Source: Tubulanus polymorphus (lineage: Eukaryota; Animalia; Nemertea). From it: a stretch of 64,000 nucleotides of DNA. The DNA lies in contig NC_134025.1 in NCBI RefSeq assembly GCF_964204645.1, positions 2,356,001-2,420,000 on the forward strand. Direction: 5' to 3'. Below the pieces are notes generated by a model that saw only the letters and a list, made by a program, of their open reading frames with translations, was not told the origin of the DNA and ran no database searches. The position numbers and the translations under genes are program-made. How positions within the stretch are numbered: position 1 is the first letter of the stretch; every line of letters starts with the position of its first letter. This document shows positions 59,831 to 64,000 of this stretch, piece after piece.

Positions 59831-60912
59831 ACTTATAACCGCAAAAAACTTCAATATCTGACTATAGCTGCAATCACATGAGCAATTTTGACGCAACCTG
59901 TGACCAATTTGGCCAGGCCAACCATTCACCCTGGTACCAAATGGGTCCATGTCTGTTTAAAATTTGAGCGATTTTTTCTGTATGAGGAATTATCATCTGT
60001 ATGTTCTGGAAGTGACTCACCTCACTGCATCAATTTAGCAACGAATAAGTGATTTATGCGTGTTCCAATTTGGCACGGGCGAAATAAGACTATAGTCTCG
60101 GCAAATTACCTCCATTTGATTGCAGCTTATATCTATTAATATCATATAATCAATTCTGTTGAAAGGAACATGTAATGTGGAAGGATGATGCTTGACGAAT
60201 ACAAAAACTGAATCAACTCTGTTGATTTTGTTCGAAATCATATATAAAACCCTTGAACTGCAAGCCTTTATCTCATATACAATCTTCGGTGATGGTATTT
60301 TCTTGAAAGAACTCATGAACTTTGGCGAGATCTTAAGGGTAAAACAGATTTCAAAAACAGTGTATTATCTTCCGTGTTGTTATTCCTTCATATCTTATAT
60401 TTGTGCTTTATGAAATCATGTGCTGGTCAGATTCTGTGGCGAATAAACTCTCATTGAATGTGGGTAAAGTATTGCTGTTGTATTGTATATATTTTGAGAG
60501 AAGGATCGATGAATAGTTTCTGCTGATTCGGGTAGACTTCATGCTGGTATCAACCTGCAGCCTGCATTCCCTCATTTAAAGACATCAACCTGCAGCCCGC
60601 ATTCCCTCGTTTAAAGACATCAACCTGCAGCTCCTAATTGAAAATCAACTACCGGTATCGACATTTTATCTGCACACAAAATGTGATTGTCTAGAACCTT
60701 GTTCCACGAACTGGGTACAGTTTCACAGCTAGGACAGAGCTAAATGTCTATTTTAGTCTGGTCTCGGGACTACAGATTGACTGACATCTCAAGACGATTT
60801 AGTACAAATGAAAACTTCAAGAAGTCAAGAATGATTTTGTCAATAAAGCTGTTCGCTCTTCTTTTATTTATTTACGAAAATCATTATTTACTCGATGGAG
60901 CCTTGCTGTATA

Positions 60913-63900
60913 TCATGGGATACCATAACAGGCACCTCCTGGTTGTAAGGTTGAATCCCTCACTGATGAACATTGGAATTCACATTTATCACCAGCTGGT
61001 GATTTAATGAAATACTTTGGACATCTCTTAACTGGAAACGAACAAAATACGTATCAGTCAAATGTACATTAGTGGATGCTGCTAGTAGGAATTTGATGGA
61101 GACTAACCACTCTTCAGTTTGCAGTAGCCATCAGCTTGCGATACTGTGTCAGCTGGACATTTCCCACCTTTGATAAAGGAAGCATCAAGGATCAACATAT
61201 ATTTTCTATTGTCTTATTTAGACCATATATTTTTTGCAGATATGCAAATGTTTGTTAATTGTTTTATAGGAGCTATATGGCTTAGTCGACTACATGTAGG
61301 GGATGCGATCTGTCGCAACTGGTGGCAAATGGGTGCTTAGGTCGGTTGTCAGTGACTGTGTGGGACTACACCATATAGTGCTGCCGCTATGCTAAACGTT
61401 AGCGGATTTTTGATACACTAACATGAATCGACTCTGGCAATCGATGTGGACGTGCTGCCCGTTGGTTGCCAGAGCTGGTTCTTGTTAGTGCATCAAAAAT
61501 CCGCTAACAATGCGCATAGCGGCAGCACCGTATGGTGTAGTGAGGCATCACCTTGGGAGACTTGGATGAGAAACTAACCATTTTTTTTCGACTGCACACA
61601 CGAGGTCCCGTTACGAGTGAAGCCACTCGGACATTTCAGTCGGCACATACTTGATAACCATTCGTAACCGATGGGGCATTGAGGAGTTTTATCTGAAATA
61701 TTCAGCATATAAACATCGTAGCCTTCAGATGCCGGGACCCACAATATAATTTCATATGATAAAAATTCTTTTGTGGGACTTCTTAATTCATCTACAGTTA
61801 ACACGGATTCTATTTGAATACCTAAGTAAGACTCACTTATCAGATGTAAACACTTGTCCCCAAACAATTTCGAAGGCGGTTTGCAGATAATTTTGGTGCT
61901 TCGCATATCGGATGATGAAGGCAGTTTTTTGGCACAAAATAAACCAGCCTTTCGTTTGAATCCTATCGGACATGGCTCTAAACATCTGTTTCCGTCTCTA
62001 TTATAACCACTTGGACATTTACCTGAGACGCAAAAATGTCATGAACGGAGAAATTTAACATTTGTAAAAAAGCTCGTTGCACCTCATTTTTTTCAATTTA
62101 CTTGTGTTATTTACCAGACGGCTTTTTGATACAGTGTCCACTTTCTACGCGAAGCCAGGTGGCAGGACAAGGCGTCGAACCTGAAAAACATGTATGAATG
62201 TAGATAACGCATAGGGTCAATAATCTGATTGAAGATTCGAGATTCAATCGTTATTTGCCTTGACTATCGACTGGTATTTGGCACGAGTCGGATCCATATG
62301 GCGTATAAGGTGGTTTACAATCCGGAGCACATGCTTTCTCTATCAGTTTATAACCATCACCGCAAACAACTGTATAGAATAAATTAATCATCTCAATTAT
62401 CAATTACCCGTTTGTAATAACTGGAAATCAGAGTGATACTTACTTGTCAGTAGTCTTAGACATTCTTTTGCCAACATAAACGAACCAGTTGGACAAGGAT
62501 CTGAATATGGATAAGGGCCATTTGTTATGCGTGTTCAAACAAAAACAAGACCAGTTTATGAATATAAATTCAGAACAAATCAAGTGAATCAAATTGCAGT
62601 ATATGAACGGTACCTTTATGTACATCCTTCAAGCATTCCGTCCCATTACGTTTAAATCCAGAATTACATCTGACTCTGCACATCGTTCCGACCATATCGT
62701 ACCCAACATGACATTTCTTCAAGATTTCTAAAGAAAAGATTCTCTTTTTCATTGACCCGCGTGAACGAAGTTAACTTAACGATGTTCTAGCACTCTATAA
62801 CGTACCGGGTTTGACGATACATGAATTCCCTAACTTTACCGCAGGCCTTGGACACTTCATTTCTTAAATAATAAGGACGGGACCACTCATTCACCACATT
62901 TCACTTTTTACGACGACGATGGGTTTTTTTTAAGTGCAAAGATTAGCATTATTTTCGTCATATACCTTTGATGCATTTTGAAGAACGTGCCATGAAACCA
63001 AACGGGCATTTAAGGGGCTCGCACTGTCCGGCCTTCATGACAAAATCGATTGGACAACCAGGCTCTAGAAGTAAATATTTCATATCGTTATATTACCGGG
63101 ATGTATCAAACATCTTCGAAAGACGAGGTCTAAACTTACGCGGTGCTGGGAATATACAATCATCGCCAACTTTACTTGACCAAGATGGACATGCGGCTAG
63201 AAAATCAGAAAAAGTAGATAATTCGATATCTATTTCTAGCAATCGGCAGTTAGATCGATGGACCTACGCACCATTATTGGTGATCTTTTTGAAACAGAAA
63301 ATTCCTCTCAGACGAAATCCTGGTTTACAGTCGATGCATTTGTCTTGAGCTTTCACTTGCCCATCTCGACATTTTATTGCTAAATACAAAATGAACCATA
63401 GAGACAGTTGACCGAGAATCTAACAATAACTGGAGATGCAACTTACGCGGTTTGATTACGCAGCCGACATGTTCAGTGTTCGATCCCCTTGGACAATGCA
63501 ATTCTAGAATATGAAACATTTAGAGACTAAAAAAAAACTAGAAAATTCCTAGACCTATGATAATGAAAAAAACATATCGCCTTCGCTGTCAAACATTTAG
63601 ACAAACCTTTGACGCAATTTCCTCCCTTGCTGTGAAAACCAGGATCACAATTCTTCACACATTTGCCGGATATCGCGTTAAAATTCGGAGGACATCCAGC
63701 AGCTGAAATTATCGGCGAATATAAAATAACAGAAGAATTCACAATTTCTCATTCCCGCCGATCATTGAAGCATAGTTCACCTGATTTCTGGACACAATGT
63801 TTATCTCTTCTGACAGATTTTGGTGGACAACTTACTGAAAGTCATCAAATTTTCCCTTTCATTAAAACAATGAAATAAGCAAATTCATGATGAATGATAT

Positions 63901-63965
63901 TATCGATGAATACATACCATAACAGTTATTCCCTATCATAACGTAACCATAAGGACATATTCCTC
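60913..63965 (-). CDS. Cysteine-rich repeat protein (CPxG[FY]x4-5C modules), 3' part, at least 16 phase-1 exons; continues beyond right edge
   Basis: Exons e.g. 63918-63965 GICPYGYVMIGNNCY, 63781-63834 SCPPKSVRRDKHCVQKS, 63607-63702 GCPPNFNAISGKCVKNCDPGFHSKGGNCVK, ~61837-62021 KCPSGYNRDGNRCLEPCPIGFKRKAGLFC..., last exon KRCPKYFIKSPAGDKCEFQC...GACYGIP-TGA (60913-60915); minus-strand AATAAA at 60863-60868. Confidence 0.85.
61364..61542. mobile_element. Foldback MITE with CACTA-like termini
   Basis: ~80-bp imperfect arms (ACTACACCATATAGTGCTGCCGCTATGC.../...GCATAGCGGCAGCACCGTATGGTGTAGTG); right end reads CACTAC on the minus strand; flanks TGG/AGG. Confidence 0.6.
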
Positions 63966-64000
63966 CTAAAATCAGAACCCGTTAGCAGTTATTCTGTAGA

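Overview
AT-rich invertebrate (metazoan, probably lophotrochozoan; species not identifiable from sequence) genomic DNA with mostly short GT-AG introns, so the six-frame ORFs are exon fragments. Left to right: (1) the 5' part of a Pellino E3 ligase gene on the minus strand (6 exons, 189-9990, runs off the left edge), whose first intron hosts an antisense secreted CAP-superfamily gene and a pseudogenised tandem copy; (2) a complete cytoplasmic dynein-1 heavy chain gene on the plus strand (12530-59830, about 72 coding exons), with an intronless divergent RhoA-like gene and a ~2.4/2.9 kb tandem duplication in its 12.7 kb intron; (3) the 3' part of a minus-strand gene built of phase-1 exons encoding CPxG(F/Y)...C modules. 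The most striking signal is an apparent alternative-splicing toolkit in dynein. It has two mutually exclusive 196-nt exons for the microtubule-binding domain, flanked by competing RNA stems. It has a duplicated alternative terminal exon that would give a yeast-like heavy chain lacking the C-terminal cap. It also has up to three in-frame cassette exons/microexons. MITEs (piggyBac-, PIF/Harbinger-, hAT- and CACTA-like), one tRNA-derived SINE and minisatellites fill the longer introns. All splice models were read by eye and need RNA-seq confirmation.
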